A DNA stretch of 48,905 nucleotides, taken from Nemertoderma westbladi. Taxonomy: Eukaryota > Animalia > Xenacoelomorpha. Position numbers and translations under genes: made by a program. Location: positions 1 through 48,905 of the forward strand of contig JAUCBJ010008012.1 in assembly GCA_032718475.1 (NCBI GenBank). Direction: 5' to 3'. The notes under the pieces were generated by a model, which saw only the letters and a program-made list of their open reading frames with translations, did no database searches and was not told the DNA's origin. Below, piece after piece: positions 22,751 to 35,945 of this stretch; position 1 is the stretch's first letter, and the number at the start of each line of letters is the position of its first letter.

Positions 22751-23954
22751 TGTACGCGCTTTTGAAGACCTTTAGCAGTTTAACCTGCCAAAATTTATGT
22801 CTTTTGGTTTATAAATAGACTTTAGAAGTTGACAAATATTTAATACCAATAAACACAACATTAGCAGAAGCCAGCCTAGTGCGCGTCCATTCACCCGCTG
22901 GATATACCCGGGAGACTGGATTCTGAGGGCTTAGATTATTATTGCAGTGTAAGCTTACTGTATTATTCGATTGATCGTTAATAAATAATTTCTGACTAAT
23001 ATTATTCACTTTCGGGAAATATTAACAGTTCCTTTAGGACGTGGCGCTCTATCTAGGTAAACAGAGATATGACTTATACTAATCACAACGGTAAGTCGGT
23101 AAGGCTTATGATTCACGTATGAGGCGCATTCTTTAGGAAATGCTTAGTTATCAGTCACAATCATGCACACTACCGGTAACACACAATACTGCTCACTAAT
23201 TTGCCGACCGTCAATGAATTTTATCATATATAAAGAGAACAGCAACGGACTCATGTAGTGCTTATCAAATAGCATTAAACTCACTACAAACCACGATAAT
23301 ATAAGTCGCAATCGCTATATGTAGCCTGTCTCTCTAACCTGTAGTGTATCAAGAAAATTGGGAAATTTGGGTTCTTTATAGATGTTCTCCAAATAATAAT
23401 ATTCAACCAAAACACAACAGTAAATAGCATTAAGACGGTAGGTTAAGATGGTAACAAGTAAGACTGGACCGATAACAGTTATACGCTCTATAATCTTAAG
23501 CCTACTAATGTTTCTTCTAAAGTCTGAAACGAATTGACTCTAGAGCCGGTGTTCCTGGCCTAGATAGAAACAACACAACAGTAACAAAAACACTCTCTGA
23601 CTCTAACACCGTTGCAGGTATCTTTTTACACAGAGAGGAATAGCTCTCATTGGCAGAACACCAGATTCCACAGGTTCCACGAATATCTAAATGCCGAACT
23701 ATCAGGATTTTTGCAGCCCTTGGCCAACACACAAAATGAGTCACTCCGCTCGGTTGCCCTGGTTGCATACTCTGCTGCTATAGCTCTGGTTGGCCGATAG
23801 AACATAGTAAAGAGCCCCTCGTATATCAAATCAGCCAATCAGCCGGTCGCTTTGCATCATTCGAGTTAGAGAGCTTTTTAGAGTATTCCAGCGCCTGGGG
23901 GGGAACTGGATTGCAAAGCAAAAGGGCCAGTTATATCCCACAGAAGCTTTTACA
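22751..23954 (+). mobile_element. 1.2-kb TGT...ACA element (solo-LTR-like), same family as the insertion at 36342-36700
   Basis: Starts TGTACGCGCTTTT and ends CACAGAAGCTTTTACA. First 200 bp and last 80 bp or so align with the reverse complement of 36342-36700. Flanks ATACT/ACAGT match only 3/5. Confidence 0.7.
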
Positions 23955-24091
23955 ACAGTACAGTATTCAGTAGTACCAAGGACAGCTCTACTACCGGTAG
24001 TCGAGCTGTCCTTGAGTAGTTGTAGTAGTAGTAACTATTCTATTGTTACAGGTATGTACAGTCAGACAGTATCGCCTATAATACCGATATA

Positions 24092-25011
24092 CACCATGAC
24101 CCGTAATATAGTGTCATTTTCTGATGACACGGACCCCCCCCCCCCCCCCCCCCCCCCCAATTTTTCTACAAATCTTTATCATATTGTTTGAAATTTGAAA
24201 CACCACTAGTTCAACTCACCGTGGTTGTTACCGTGAAGCCGGAATTTTCGATTTCGTCTTTAAATTTTATTTATAAGCGTTTTAAAAAAAGTGTCTTTTG
24301 CGAAATCGCACCCTCTGTATCATTGTCATTCTTCACATTAGTCTTATTTTTTCATATCAATAGAAAGCTTGCGTTGCAAGGATTCTAAATATGTAACAAT
24401 GTCTGAATTTCGTTGAGAATCAGCTGAGATATAGGCGATCAAAGATTGCAAGAATTATTGTTCGCTGAAGGCCATTTATTCTATTTAATAAATACACAAT
24501 ATTCTGGAACAATTTGTTTATGTATGATTAGCTACGCAATATAGATATTATATAGGCATACCGCTGTTGCCTACCAACTCATAAAATAAATAACACATTC
24601 TTCGAATTTCGTGTATTTAATAAATAGAATAAATGGCTTGCAGCGAACAATAATTCTTGCAATCTTTGAACGCCCATTTCTCAACTGTTTCTCAATGAAA
24701 TTCAGATATTGCTACATATTTGGAATCCTTGCAACGCAAGCTTTCTATTGATGTGAAAAAATTACGACTAAAGTGAAGAATGGCAATGATACAGAGGGTG
24801 CGATTTCGCAAAAGACACTTTTTTAAAACGCTTATAAATAAAATTTAAAGGCGAAATCTAAAATTCCGGCTTCATGGTAACAACCACGGTGAGTTGAACT
24901 AGTTGTGTTTCAAATTTCAAGCAATATGATAAAGATTTGAAGAAAAAAATTTTTTTGGGGGGGGGGGGGTCCGTGTCATCAGAAAATGACACTATATTAC
25001 GGGTCATGGTG
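24092..25011. mobile_element. 920-bp foldback MITE with arms of about 420 bp, CAC...GTG termini, in a TATA context
   Basis: CACCATGACCCGTAATATAGTGTCATTTTCTGATGACACGGAC(C)n is mirrored at the right end; TATA on both flanks (TA or TATA TSD; Tc1/mariner or Chapaev-like). Confidence 0.9.
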
Positions 25012-25550
25012 TATAGTAGTAATAATACCTCAGTATTCCTACTGTCCTACCGTATACGGGACAACTAGGGCTAGTCTACACTTTGACTTGGAATTACAGT
25101 ACATGTTTATTTTTTGGTTAGGGTTGGTTGGACGGGCCCAATCCCAATAAAAACTGCCATGTTGAGTTGACCAATGCTCTATAAATACCAGATAAGGGGG
25201 GATTTTCGACGCTATAAAAATAAATCACTCTCAAGGGGAAATTCGATGCAAAAAACAGCTGATTACTCCCAAAACTGTCCACTGTCTTTAGTTTATTGTT
25301 TGGGTTACAATAAGGTGCCACTGTCTAAAATACAGTGCCATAAGGCTAAAAACTGCATGGCCTCATGTAGTTTTAGGCCTCTTGGTTGTTACCGGTATGT
25401 TGTAGGCCTAGCCTAGTGTGTATCATTTTATTTCTAGTAGAATACATACCGGTAAACATCAAATTACTACAGTTGTACTGCTGAGTACCGTAATAGTTAC
25501 TTCCTGCATCCACGTTCATAAAGATTGCATCGATTTAGCGCAATGCTGCA

Positions 25551-25925
25551 ATGGGCCGGTATTACCACAGATGGCCGCGCGTACCATACATGGTGTCTGT
25601 CGGACTGGCTATGGGTGCATTAACCGCGTGTCATTTGGCACCAGAATCAACCATTTCATTCCTACAGATTCTCGGACCGGTAACCGGATTCGCTCAACAA
25701 ATTGTCGAAAATCGTGCGCTAATAGGCCTCACATTCCGTGCAATGTGGTTGGTCCACGCTGCTGAGTGTCTGCCTACATTTTATTTATCTCGTAAGAAGG
25801 GTTTGTCCATAGCAGCGACCGCCCATTGGTTGCTTAGTGTATCGATATTCGGTGTATTCTCTTTGTATTGGTTGATTCAATATCAACCTCCTTTGGCCCC
25901 GGGCCTTCGAAAGAAACAGTCGTAA
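25551..25925 (+). CDS. TMEM254: TMEM254-like small membrane protein (DUF4499 family), 124 aa, intronless
   Basis: Three hydrophobic segments. LGP..G, WLVHAAE (compare WLIHVGE), KKGL and W...V.IFG..SL..LI.Y match the recalled family pattern and length. Ends in KKQS. Confidence 0.8.
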   Translation: MGRYYHRWPRVPYMVSVGLAMGALTACHLAPESTISFLQILGPVTGFAQQIVENRALIGLTFRAMWLVHAAECLPTFYLSRKKGLSIAATAHWLLSVSIFGVFSLYWLIQYQPPLAPGLRKKQS

Positions 25926-26111
25926 TTGGCCTGGCCTACTGTTTTAATTAATATCTCTCCAGTGGGGATTCGACTCCAATAACAACTGATTACCGTCAAT
26001 AATGAAATTAATATGTACTATAGACTGGTTTATTGTTTTGGTTAGAATAGCGTACCAAAGTAACGTTCACCTTTACCTTTGGGCCTGATGCTGTAACCGA
26101 ATAGATTAATA

Positions 26112-26400
26112 CTCTGGGAGTCCCGAATAGACGGGGCGACACGGCTGTTAATTTTTGAAATATAATCCACCCACAATTCTCTTATTCCAGACACCCCATT
26201 TTTCTAAAAAAATTAGTACATTTTTTATTATGAGTAAATAACGTTTCTTCTCATAATAATTGAGAGTTGAAAGTGAAAGAATACAAAAACCGTGTACCGA
26301 GTATACCACCGGTAGCCATAGGTACTCATGTACGCCTATACTGTATGTTAAGTAAGTATATTAAATTTTCCACCCACCCCGTTTATTCGGGACTCCAGAG
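26112..26400. mobile_element. pogo/Tigger-like MITE
   Basis: TIRs CTCTGG(G)AGTCCCGAATA(G/A)ACGGGG flanked by TA on both sides. Confidence 0.8.
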
Positions 26401-27787
26401 TAAATATGATAGATCTATGCATAATTAATTTATATTTTTACAGTAATAATTATAAATTAATTATAATAGTACCCGTAATGATTTATTAATTCAATTATAT
26501 TTATTTTCTTCCCCTTTGCCATTTTCTTATTCTATTGGTGCAATCAATATCAATATAATCCAAAATTATTGTACTTGGCCCTCTTTAACCACTCGCTGCA
26601 ATGAAAGGGTAGCGTATATTAACCATGAACCATCACGGCCACAATGATTAATCATACAGCCTAGCTACTAATTTAGGTAGGACAATTACACCCATAGAGA
26701 AATGCGACCGGTATATTTATAATTTATTATAGGAGTTATATTGGTGGTTTCATATTATTATAACTTTTTGTCAACTTTTTGCTGGGCACAGCTTTGCAAA
26801 TTCGGCAATGATATCCAGGTGGGATCGATCTGGATTTTGAGATGATTTTCAGGTCTATCTTTTACCTGAGCCTCTAGCGGAATGGTTAGAGCGTCAGTTC
26901 GATCCCACCTGGATAATTTTGTTGACAACACTAGGGGTTGAACCAGCATTGTAGAGAAAAGTTGAAGGCTATTACCTATTGGCCATCGTGAGAAGCGTTA
27001 TAACAGGACAGCTTCAATCACAAGACAGGGGGGGAAACTCGACGCAAATTCCAATCGACCCGTTTTTGGCGACTAATAGTTGCACCCAGTCGGCAGGTCG
27101 CGGCCTATCACAAGCCTTCTTGTCTAATAATTAACTATAACTCATCACGTTTTAGGCAATATGGTTGGTGTAATGCATATTGTACGGCTAGATAATAATT
27201 TATTAATAAAGTACTAAATGTACTTTATCACTGTTCAGTAATACTATTTATATGATAATAATTAATTATATTATTCTTATATATGTTATACAGGTATAAA
27301 GGAGACTATTCGACAGTCGCCTTTATACACGACCCAAGAGGTGGTTGGAATAGTCGAATTGGTCGACAAAGTCGGCTCAACCTATAGTCTACATATAAAG
27401 TTTTGCGACTTTCTGCGACTCTCCATACCATATGCCGTATTGAATATTGTAGGCTATATGTAGGCCTGCTGTCTATGATATATGTAATCCGACCACCGCA
27501 CCACTTGCTAGTTACTCTCAGTAGGAAAAGTGACGTGAGGTCAGACTTTTTTTTATACAGTATATATAGAGAAAGTATAGACCTGAATGACATGTGGGAG
27601 TTAGATGTTATTTGAAATAGGTTATGTGTAATTGTGTACTGTTGTACATTATTGCCAATTATACTGCTCTTTCAACTATTTACGATATCAATATAAATTA
27701 AAGAGACATGTGTTTCTAACCACACAATTGTCTTAAGAATTATTGGAAAAGACTTAAATGTTTCGGATAAATAAAAGACTGAAACGA

Positions 27788-27979
27788 TTTAACAAATTAA
27801 GGGAAAGGGGCAGGTTACAGTGGCTCGTTTTTCTAACCAAAACAATAAACGAAACTCAATGTAATAGCTTAAAGTTAAATGTTTAGGTTAAATGAAAGAC
27901 TGGAGCATTTTAACAAATTAAGGGAAAGGAGCAGGTTACACCGGCTCATTTTTCTAATCAAAACAATAAACGAAACTCA
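27788..27979. repeat. Two tandem copies (120-bp period) of a dispersed repeat TTAAGGGAAAGGAGCAGGTTACA...AACCAAAACAATAAACG
   Basis: Same motif at about 33617, 44100 and 47144, and inverted at about 9579, 22093, 25290 and 26028. Confidence 0.8.
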
Positions 27980-28039
27980 GGGGGAGATGTTACCCCAGAA
28001 CTTTTCAAAAATTGAAAAATTTTTGAAATTTTTTTTTAT

Positions 28040-28380
28040 TAATTCTAAATCAGAATTTAACGCAGATTTCAGAAATCGAAATCCTAACATCACATCAGAA
28101 GCTTAAGTTTTCTGTTTGTCTGTCTATTGGTCTGTTTTTCTGTTTGTCAACAAATTATGGATATAAAAATGTACACCACCTAACTAAAATTATTGCTACA
28201 TGGGTTTTTGTGGTGACGGATTTCATTTCCGGGGTCAGTTTTAAAATTTGACAATCTATTTTTTCTGTCCGTTTGTCCGTCTGTGGGTCTGTCTGTCAAA
28301 AACATAACGAAGCACGCTACGTAACTAAATTTTTCACTCTGGGGGTTTTTAAGGTCGGTGATTTCATTTCTGGTGTTATC
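28040..28380. mobile_element. Possible Helentron-associated (DINE-1/HINE-like) element fragment
   Basis: (CTGT/CCGT)n microsatellite blocks each followed by ACTAAA...GGGTTTTT..GGT..GATTTCATTTC, present twice. Confidence 0.45.
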
Positions 28381-28764
28381 TCAAATATAATATAATAATA
28401 AAATATATAATAAAATAATAAATAATATAATAAAGGCGATATAATAAAATAATATTGTAAAGATTTACAGCAATCGAGATCGAGGACATTCCACGAACAG
28501 ATCCGAAGAGGATCCGAGTGTTAGGTTTCCCTTATTTGGGACCAACTTATTCGTTCTCATTTTGTGTGGGGCAGCCTGTTCTATGTCAATGAGGATGGGA
28601 TGAATCCTATGCATTTTAAAGAAACCATGGTCTATTCCACTTACGTGATTCTTGGTCTTAAGTCTCATTGCATCGGTAAAATATAATACAGCATCTTAGA
28701 ACATATCAATAATTTAAATTACATTATAAAGTAGGACCTACAATACCTACTGCGTATAGGGTAA

Positions 28765-30194
28765 TTATTCAATAACATCAGCAGGATCTACAGTGCATGG
28801 AATAACCGGTGATCCTTTAACTTCATCAGAAGCACCATTAGCTACATCTACATCACTGAAATGTTTCATTTCAACAGCACCTTGAGAGCCATCAACTACT
28901 GGAATGACTTCCTTCCTGTTAGTTTTACTTCTTTTTATATAGATTACCAGAAAGATAATACAAGCTACAGCAATAACCGCAGACAAAACTATTGAAGAAA
29001 TTTCCGATGCATATGTAAGATGGTTGTATTTTACGAGGGCCATGGTGGAGCTATCTTCATTTATAGTGGTATGTTCTGTAAGAATATCATTTGGAGGTTT
29101 TCTAACATTATTGTGTCTTAATCTAACCGTTATTCTCTCACTTGTAGACACGACACCATGGTTACTCAAACTGCTGCTAACTTCATACCAATATGTTTCA
29201 CTTCTACCGCCTTCAACAACGACAGTTAGTTTCGATTGGCGACCAACTTCAAGGGATTCTCCATTAACAGTTGTGTTGCTCAACCAGGTGATGTTATTGT
29301 CAGGCCAACCCGCATTGAATTTGGCTTCTAACACAATAGTATCGAGATCAACTTCTAGAAGACCCTTAATTTCTTCTCCTGTGTCTTCTGTAATTATTCT
29401 AAGATTGGTTGCTAGGTAACGTATTTCCAAGGTAACATCACATGTTTTAATTCCATTAGACGCAATATTCCTAGCCTTGCATGTAAAAGTTTGATGATCG
29501 AATGAATGTGCTCACTAATTAATTTTGGCAAATTAAATGAAATTATTTTTACTGAATTGTGGGATTCATGCTGTATATCCTGTGTAATTTGCTTTGTTCC
29601 ATTGAACCAATTAAACATTCCGTTGTTAGGGTAACCAGTTTCGGTTGGAAAGGGAACCCAATAATTTGCTCTGCATTGAATTACGTCACTAAAGTTCCGG
29701 TTAACAACGATATTGCATTGTGAATGGAAGGTGTGTGTGTTACCATTGCATCCGCATTCTAGAACAGAAGACCTCGTCTCGCACTGGGGAATACGAATTT
29801 CTGAAACTTCAGTCCACCATTCCCAATAACAGCTGTAAGAAAAGTCACCGCTGTATTCGTATTGGTTTATTAGTTTGTTAACAGTAAATATAGCTGTGTG
29901 CTCCGCTCTGTTTATTACAACAGACCCTCTATCTAACTTATTCACATTTGCATTAAACTTTAAATCCACGGCATCCCTAAATCTCAGGATTGTTTTCCAT
30001 CCGTTGCTATCCATAAGTAAGGCAACATCAACATCATTATTAAATTTTATTTCCCTATAAAAACAACTTAATTTTATTTTATCCCCTTTTACTAAACAAT
30101 CTCGATCAACTGGCTCAATAACATTCAACCCAAATCCTGGTAGGCCCATTCCTACAATCATACTAATAATTATATCGTATAAGTGTGGTAGCAT
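28765..30194 (-). pseudogene. Ig-superfamily type I membrane protein, copy A; intronless; 1-bp frameshift near 29510 (476 aa if repaired)
   Basis: Signal-like N-terminus; Ig-type motifs GDKIKLSC, YSGDFSYSC, IQCRA..FNWF..FTCKARN; TM IVLSAVIAVACIIFLVIYI followed by KRSK. GTGCTCAC here vs GTGGCTCAC in copy B breaks the frame. Confidence 0.8.
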
Positions 30195-31424
30195 GTTAAT
30201 CGTGTAAATTATACTGCAGCAGTTGAACAACAACTCATTTTTTATTCTTTAATTAGAATTTGTGCATCTCCAGAGTTGAACTTTAATTTACTGATGTCAA
30301 CGTTTTGACCTCGCTGTTTAAAAGTATAAATAAGCTGTTTGTTTATTTTATGAATCCTGCAGTCCATTCAATGCGTTATCCATGGTCTGTAGTTGAGAGT
30401 TGCTTCCTATTGTAAAAAAGAAGTAAGTACCGGCTCAAAGTTACATCGATTCCAAAATGTACAAGTAGTACATCATTATTAGTGTATTGGTTCTCCACGA
30501 TCAACGCTGTGGAAATTTAAATAATAATAAATTGTATCGGTAATGGAGTTTATTAAAATGTGCAAAATTAAATAGCAGTAAATAAGTATGTGTCCATTAA
30601 TAACTGTAATTATGTACAGTGACCTTTATATTGATCCCTCACAGATAAATTATCAGTTTTACCTGTTATATTACAGATCTACAGACTTATTTAATTTAGT
30701 CAATATAACGGTAACATGATAAGTTTATTTTTAAAGTTTATTTAAGTTTACTTTTATAAGTATAGTCAATTACTGTGTATGCCAAAAGGCAAATTTCCAA
30801 GACTTGTTAATAATAATAGCGTACATTTAAACCGTACTTTGGCAACTTGGTGTTAGGAGTAAACCAACCCTACCCGCACCGTACTAGCTAGCACCAAACA
30901 TAGACTAAACTCTAAACTAAACTCTTCATCGCTTAGTACCTTACCGCAGCATACTACAACAATCGCCTTCCTGTCTGCGCGCGAGCTAGGGGAAGATCTC
31001 CTCTTTGCTGGGGGTTAGAGCGCGTAAGAAAAGGGTGAAGAGGGGGAAGTAAAAGGGGTATGGATCGATAAATAGCATCCAATACGACGCCTCCATTTAC
31101 GACCATTTAATACACATACAGCTGTCTATAACTTGACAAGTGGTAATACTACTGAATAGTTGCTTAACTTACACACACACACCCACATACATACCCACCC
31201 CACACCTAACACACACACTATCACCCCCACCCTCTTACCAGCATGCTTACTTATACGTACCCTCCCACCCACCCCAGCACACCTAATTAACCGCACCCCC
31301 CCCCCCCCCCCCCACCCCTACACACCTATTTAACCGGAAACACCCACCTAAGCAAACAAGTACACCTTACCCGTACCCACCCACCCCTATTTCAGTCAAG
31401 TTACCGCTGCAAACTGGGAGTACA

Positions 31425-32400
31425 CGTAAGTAGAGTTTCATTTGCAATAATGGGATATGCTGACGACTTGACTTGATCCAACATATAACAAGACCTGCAA
31501 GACCTCTTAGTGCTCTGCCAAGATTACTTCGTTAAACACAACTCAACGATCAATATGAAGAAATCTCATTTTATATCTATAGACACCAATGGTAAACCTG
31601 TAACTGGCGAAGTACTCCTGCTCGCAGGTAAAACTCTGGAATCAACGTTTAAATGTACGTAGATGGGCTTACCAATCCCTCAAACTACATACAATATGAG
31701 AAAGCACTTTGAACAAAGAATCTGGTCTGCAATAAATAAGATTAACATGAGAGGACTTGCGGTAGACAATATACCTCTCCATATAACATCCAAGAAGTGG
31801 AGGACTATTTGCCTACCACAGATACTATAGGGCTCACCAAATCTAATGCCAAAGGATATAAAACAACTTGTAACAAACTGTAGGAAGGGAATGCGGAATC
31901 TAATACGATGTGGCAACTATATATCCAGTTCTACACTACACAGATTATTCAAAACGATTGACCTTGAAACTGAGATTAGTCTGCGACTCATGCAACTAAT
32001 ATACCGGCTGTTTAACAATCCGAATCAAAGAGCATCATTCTTTTTTATACGGCTACTTACTATGTTCCAAAGTGGAATACGCAGCCCAACTATTTTCGAT
32101 ACAATACAATCAACTGGCATGGAAAACTGGTATCCCTAGCCTAAACGCTTTGGTGACTAGCGAATATAGTACGAAACACATTGCAAAACACCATCGCAAG
32201 ACCAACCTCTCTCAAACTCAAACACCAAAGGAAGCCTTTGAACTGTTATATGTCCAGTCGATACTGGAGAACTTTGTAGCGCCGACCCACGAGCGAATAT
32301 GTGTCATGAAAGATTATTTTGGGCTTGAACAGCGCCCACGAAACCGCCATAAAGGAGGTAGCCGATTTCGCCGCTCTATAGCAACTCATCGCCCACTACG
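31425..32400 (+). mobile_element. Degenerate non-LTR retrotransposon reverse transcriptase fragment
   Basis: IMGYADDLT (YADD at 31456-31467), then LQDLLVLCQDYF...INMKKSH and a decayed F.Y.G.P motif; several stops and frameshifts. Confidence 0.7.
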
Positions 32401-32639
32401 TGGCTCGCCCCCAAACAATAGGGTGGGGAATACATTGGCACTGGGACTATGCTTGTTGTACATACTACATAACCCGCCAGCCACCGTTTGGTTAATTAAT
32501 AACATGATTAACTTGTTTATATTTAATTTTGTACACAATTGATTTTATGTCAGTCATTGGTGCGGAGTACTAGTAGGCCTTATGCCGGATTGAATATATA
32601 TATTACATTTTGACCGTTAACTTTGAAAGTCCTCAGCAA

Positions 32640-33392
32640 GTCTCTGACCAGATGAGCATAAGCTCAAAGGATGGAATGCCTGAGTATGTGAACGACGTCT
32701 GTTACCTGGGGGATCATGGATCCGGAAGTCAGGAGAGAACCTTCGAATACGTAATGGAAAGGCATGAGCAGCCTTGAATAGGCTTTCCAGGATTAGGAAG
32801 TCACATAGAATTCATCGGAAACTAAATGTCCGATTATTTAGAGCAGCAGCAGTTCCAGTACTCTCTATGGGAGTACATGCTGGGCTCTAACTGCTGGGGA
32901 CACCAAATCTCTGGATGGCACATTCACAAGAATGCTACGCCGAGTTCATTGTGTCAAGTACAATGTACACATATCCAACCAGACACTATACAACATTGGA
33001 GATGTCTTGTTGGTTCCCCCAAGCTTGACACTAGAACATAGCCGCCTCCGCTTTGTATGTCATTGTTTTCCCCTTGAGGACCAGCCTTTGCACAATCTTT
33101 TGCTTTGCAGCCCCATGGAGAAAATAGGCATGGTGGACAGGCCATGACTTTCGTGAGACACCTCCTAAAGGAAAATATGACCTTGAAGATGCGGATAATC
33201 TCGCGAAAGTTATGGGGGATAGGGAGTTGTGGCAGTGCAACTTTGTTGATAAGTCGACATAGCATTCCTAATGCACGCTGCATTGGGCTTGCCAATTGTG
33301 GATTGCATGGTGGTGACAAAATGTTTTTGTTAAGCCGGCATAGCATCACAATGTGCAGTTTCAATGCAGCAGACCGATTATACTGTAGTAGT
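32640..33392 (+). mobile_element. Older RTE-clade LINE 3' fragment, same family as 5749-6703
   Basis: Collinear with 5752-6703 once that copy's two insertions are removed; YVNDVCYLG (compare F.YLG); ends GTAGTAGTA. Confidence 0.85.
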
Positions 33393-33527
33393 ACCTTTAA
33401 GATTCCACAGCAAACATCCTCGAGGCAATCAAGCCGTACCAGGAATTTGCAAAAGCGGAAAGTAGGCACTCTGGGTGAGTACAAAGCAAAATCCAAAGAC
33501 CCACTGTTCAAAACAAAGACGTAAAGC

Positions 33528-33602
33528 CGCGTTAAGTCCCAAAGAGCGTTAAGTCCCAAAGAGCGTTAGGTCCCAAAGAGCGTTAGGTCCCAAAGAGCGT
33601 TA
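33528..33602. repeat. 17-bp tandem repeat GCGTTARGTCCCAAAGA, about 4.4 copies
   Basis: Read directly. Confidence 0.9.
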
Positions 33603-34137
33603 GATCGCATTGCCAATTAAAGGAGCAGGTTAGTAAAGGAGCAGGTTACAAAGGCGTGTTGGGGGAACCAAAACAATAAACGAAAGTTAACACATGTTAC
33701 AAGATTATGTAGGTTACTTAATTGGGTCTTTGTTTTTTACTCACCCGGCAGTTTTCGCCAAAACGTTATCTAAGTCTAGTTTTATTTTACACCATAAAGT
33801 TTTTTTGATAATTGTTTCCTATAAAGTAATGCAAAGTATTTACATTCTAGAACATTCGAGAATTATTGTAAATATTGCAATTAATTGCGTTTTTATGGGA
33901 TAAATATTGAGATAATTAGGGCAGAACTCTTTTTTGTAATATCTTAAACATTATCACCGCACAAAAACGCCCTTTAACGACCACACCAGATCTTTAAAAC
34001 ATTACCTATATTCGAATGCGAGAATAAAGGTTATTATCCCAGCCTAGAGGCCAAGCTAGGTAACAAGGCAAAAAGGACTAGGAATCATTAGAAGTGTCCT
34101 ATTGGGTGTTATTTTTAGATCCTTCCCTCTTTTCTTA

Positions 34138-35889
34138 AGGCCCATTTTATACTCGGCCGTACGAGAAGGTCGTGAGGCGGACCCGTGAGGTTAACGTACG
34201 GCCTCATCCATGGTCGTACGGTGCCAACCGGAAACTGCCTGCACAGTTGTTTTGCGACCGTATACGGCCACCGTATGCCGCTTACCGTACCGGTGAACGT
34301 ACGACGGAGATGCCATAAAATTTAACGCCATACTGGATCGAATATAATAGTTGCCGTACGGCACTGTGTGTGTAAACCATTTTGCATTGTGAAGGCCTTC
34401 TGTATAAATATAAATCCTTATGTAAAACAACAGTCCGAAATACTAGTGTATGGTGGATGGCCCATGAGTATCACACAAAAATACAAATTAAATTAAAAAA
34501 CAAATTAAAATAAAATAAAAAAACAAATAAAATTAAATTAAAAAACAAATAAAATTAAATTAAAAAACAAATAAAATTAAATTAAAAACAAATAAAATTA
34601 AATTAAAAAACAAATAAAATTAAATTAAAAAAACATATTAAATTAAATTAAAAAACAAATTAAATTAAATTAAAAAACAAATTAAATTAAATTAAAAAAC
34701 AAATAAAATTAAATTAAAAAACAAATAAAGTTAAATTAAAAAACAAATAAAATTAAATTAAAAAACAATTAAATTAAAAAACAAATAAAATTAAATTAAA
34801 AAACAAATAAAATTAAATTAAAAAACAAATATAACTAAATTAAAAAACAAATATAACTAAATTAAAAAACAAATAAAATTAAATTAAAAAACAAATAAAA
34901 TTAAATTTAAAAACAAATAAAATTAAATTAAAAAACAAATAAAATTAAATTAAAAATCTAATAAAATTAAATTAAAAAATGTAAAAAATTTATTTTAAGA
35001 AATTTCATAAAAAAAAAAAAATTAATAAATAAATAAATTTATTAATTATAAAAAAAATAATGAAGAAAAAATAAGAAAAAAATAATAAAAACAAAAGAAT
35101 ATAATTTCATAAAAAAAAAATTTTTTTGCTAAAAATTCACTTATAAAAAATACTGTTTGTTGCACATCAGTGTCAATCCGTGGAAATGTATATCATTTTA
35201 CCAGCCTATCAGTATCACTTCCAATATCCGAAATTGGAAGTGAAACTGATGGGCTGGTAAAATGATACCGGTATACACTTGAGCTAGTAAATAAATAATG
35301 ATCAGTATCACTTCAGCAAATAAATCATGTATTGGGTATTTTGGCTTAGCTGGGTGATATAAAGCGAGAATAATAATAAATAAACACAATAAATATTTCT
35401 ATGGATTGATGTGCCACCAACAAACAGTATTTTTTTATTTATTATTTTTTCTTCATTTTTTATATTATTTAATTAATTAATGAATTATTTATTATTATGA
35501 ATTTTTAAAATAAATTTTTTAAAATTTGTTTATTTAATTTTTTTTTGATTTTTTAATTTAATTTGTATTTTTGTGTGATACTCGTGGGCCACCATACACT
35601 AGTATTTCCGACAGTTGTTTTACATAAAGAATATGCCTTCACAATGCAAAAAGGTGTGCACAGTGACGTACGGCAACCGGATCGAATATAATTTTTTTTC
35701 TATTCGATTCGGCCGTCGTATGGCGTTAAATTTTATAGCATCCCCGTCGTACGTTCGCCGGTACGGTAAGCATCCGATGCCTTACGGTGGCCGTATACGC
35801 GGCCGTAAAACAACTGCAGATTCTGTACTGCACTCACGGCCACCTTACGCCGTTATGCGGCTGTCGTACGGCCGAGTACAAATGGGCCT
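34138..35889. mobile_element. 1.75-kb foldback element (PIF/Harbinger-like termini) ending 56 bp downstream of the Ig copy B stop
   Basis: Termini AGGCCCATTT..TACTCGGCCGTACGA and TCGTACGGCCGAGTAC..AAATGGGCCT with TA flanks; arms stay homologous inward to about 35190 and 35395; CGTACG-rich subterminal repeats. Confidence 0.8.
34478..34980. repeat. 22-bp A-rich minisatellite (AAAAAACAAATAAAATTAAATT), about 23 copies
   Basis: Read directly; lies in the left arm of the foldback element. Confidence 0.93.
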
Positions 35890-35945
35890 TACTAGCATTA
35901 CTGCAATTCCTACAGTATAGTCACCGAAATTCGTTGTGAAATTAC

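Noticed and set aside
25418-25765. 115-aa ORF overlapping TMEM254
   Set aside because: Alternate frame with a GTG start and no recognisable features.
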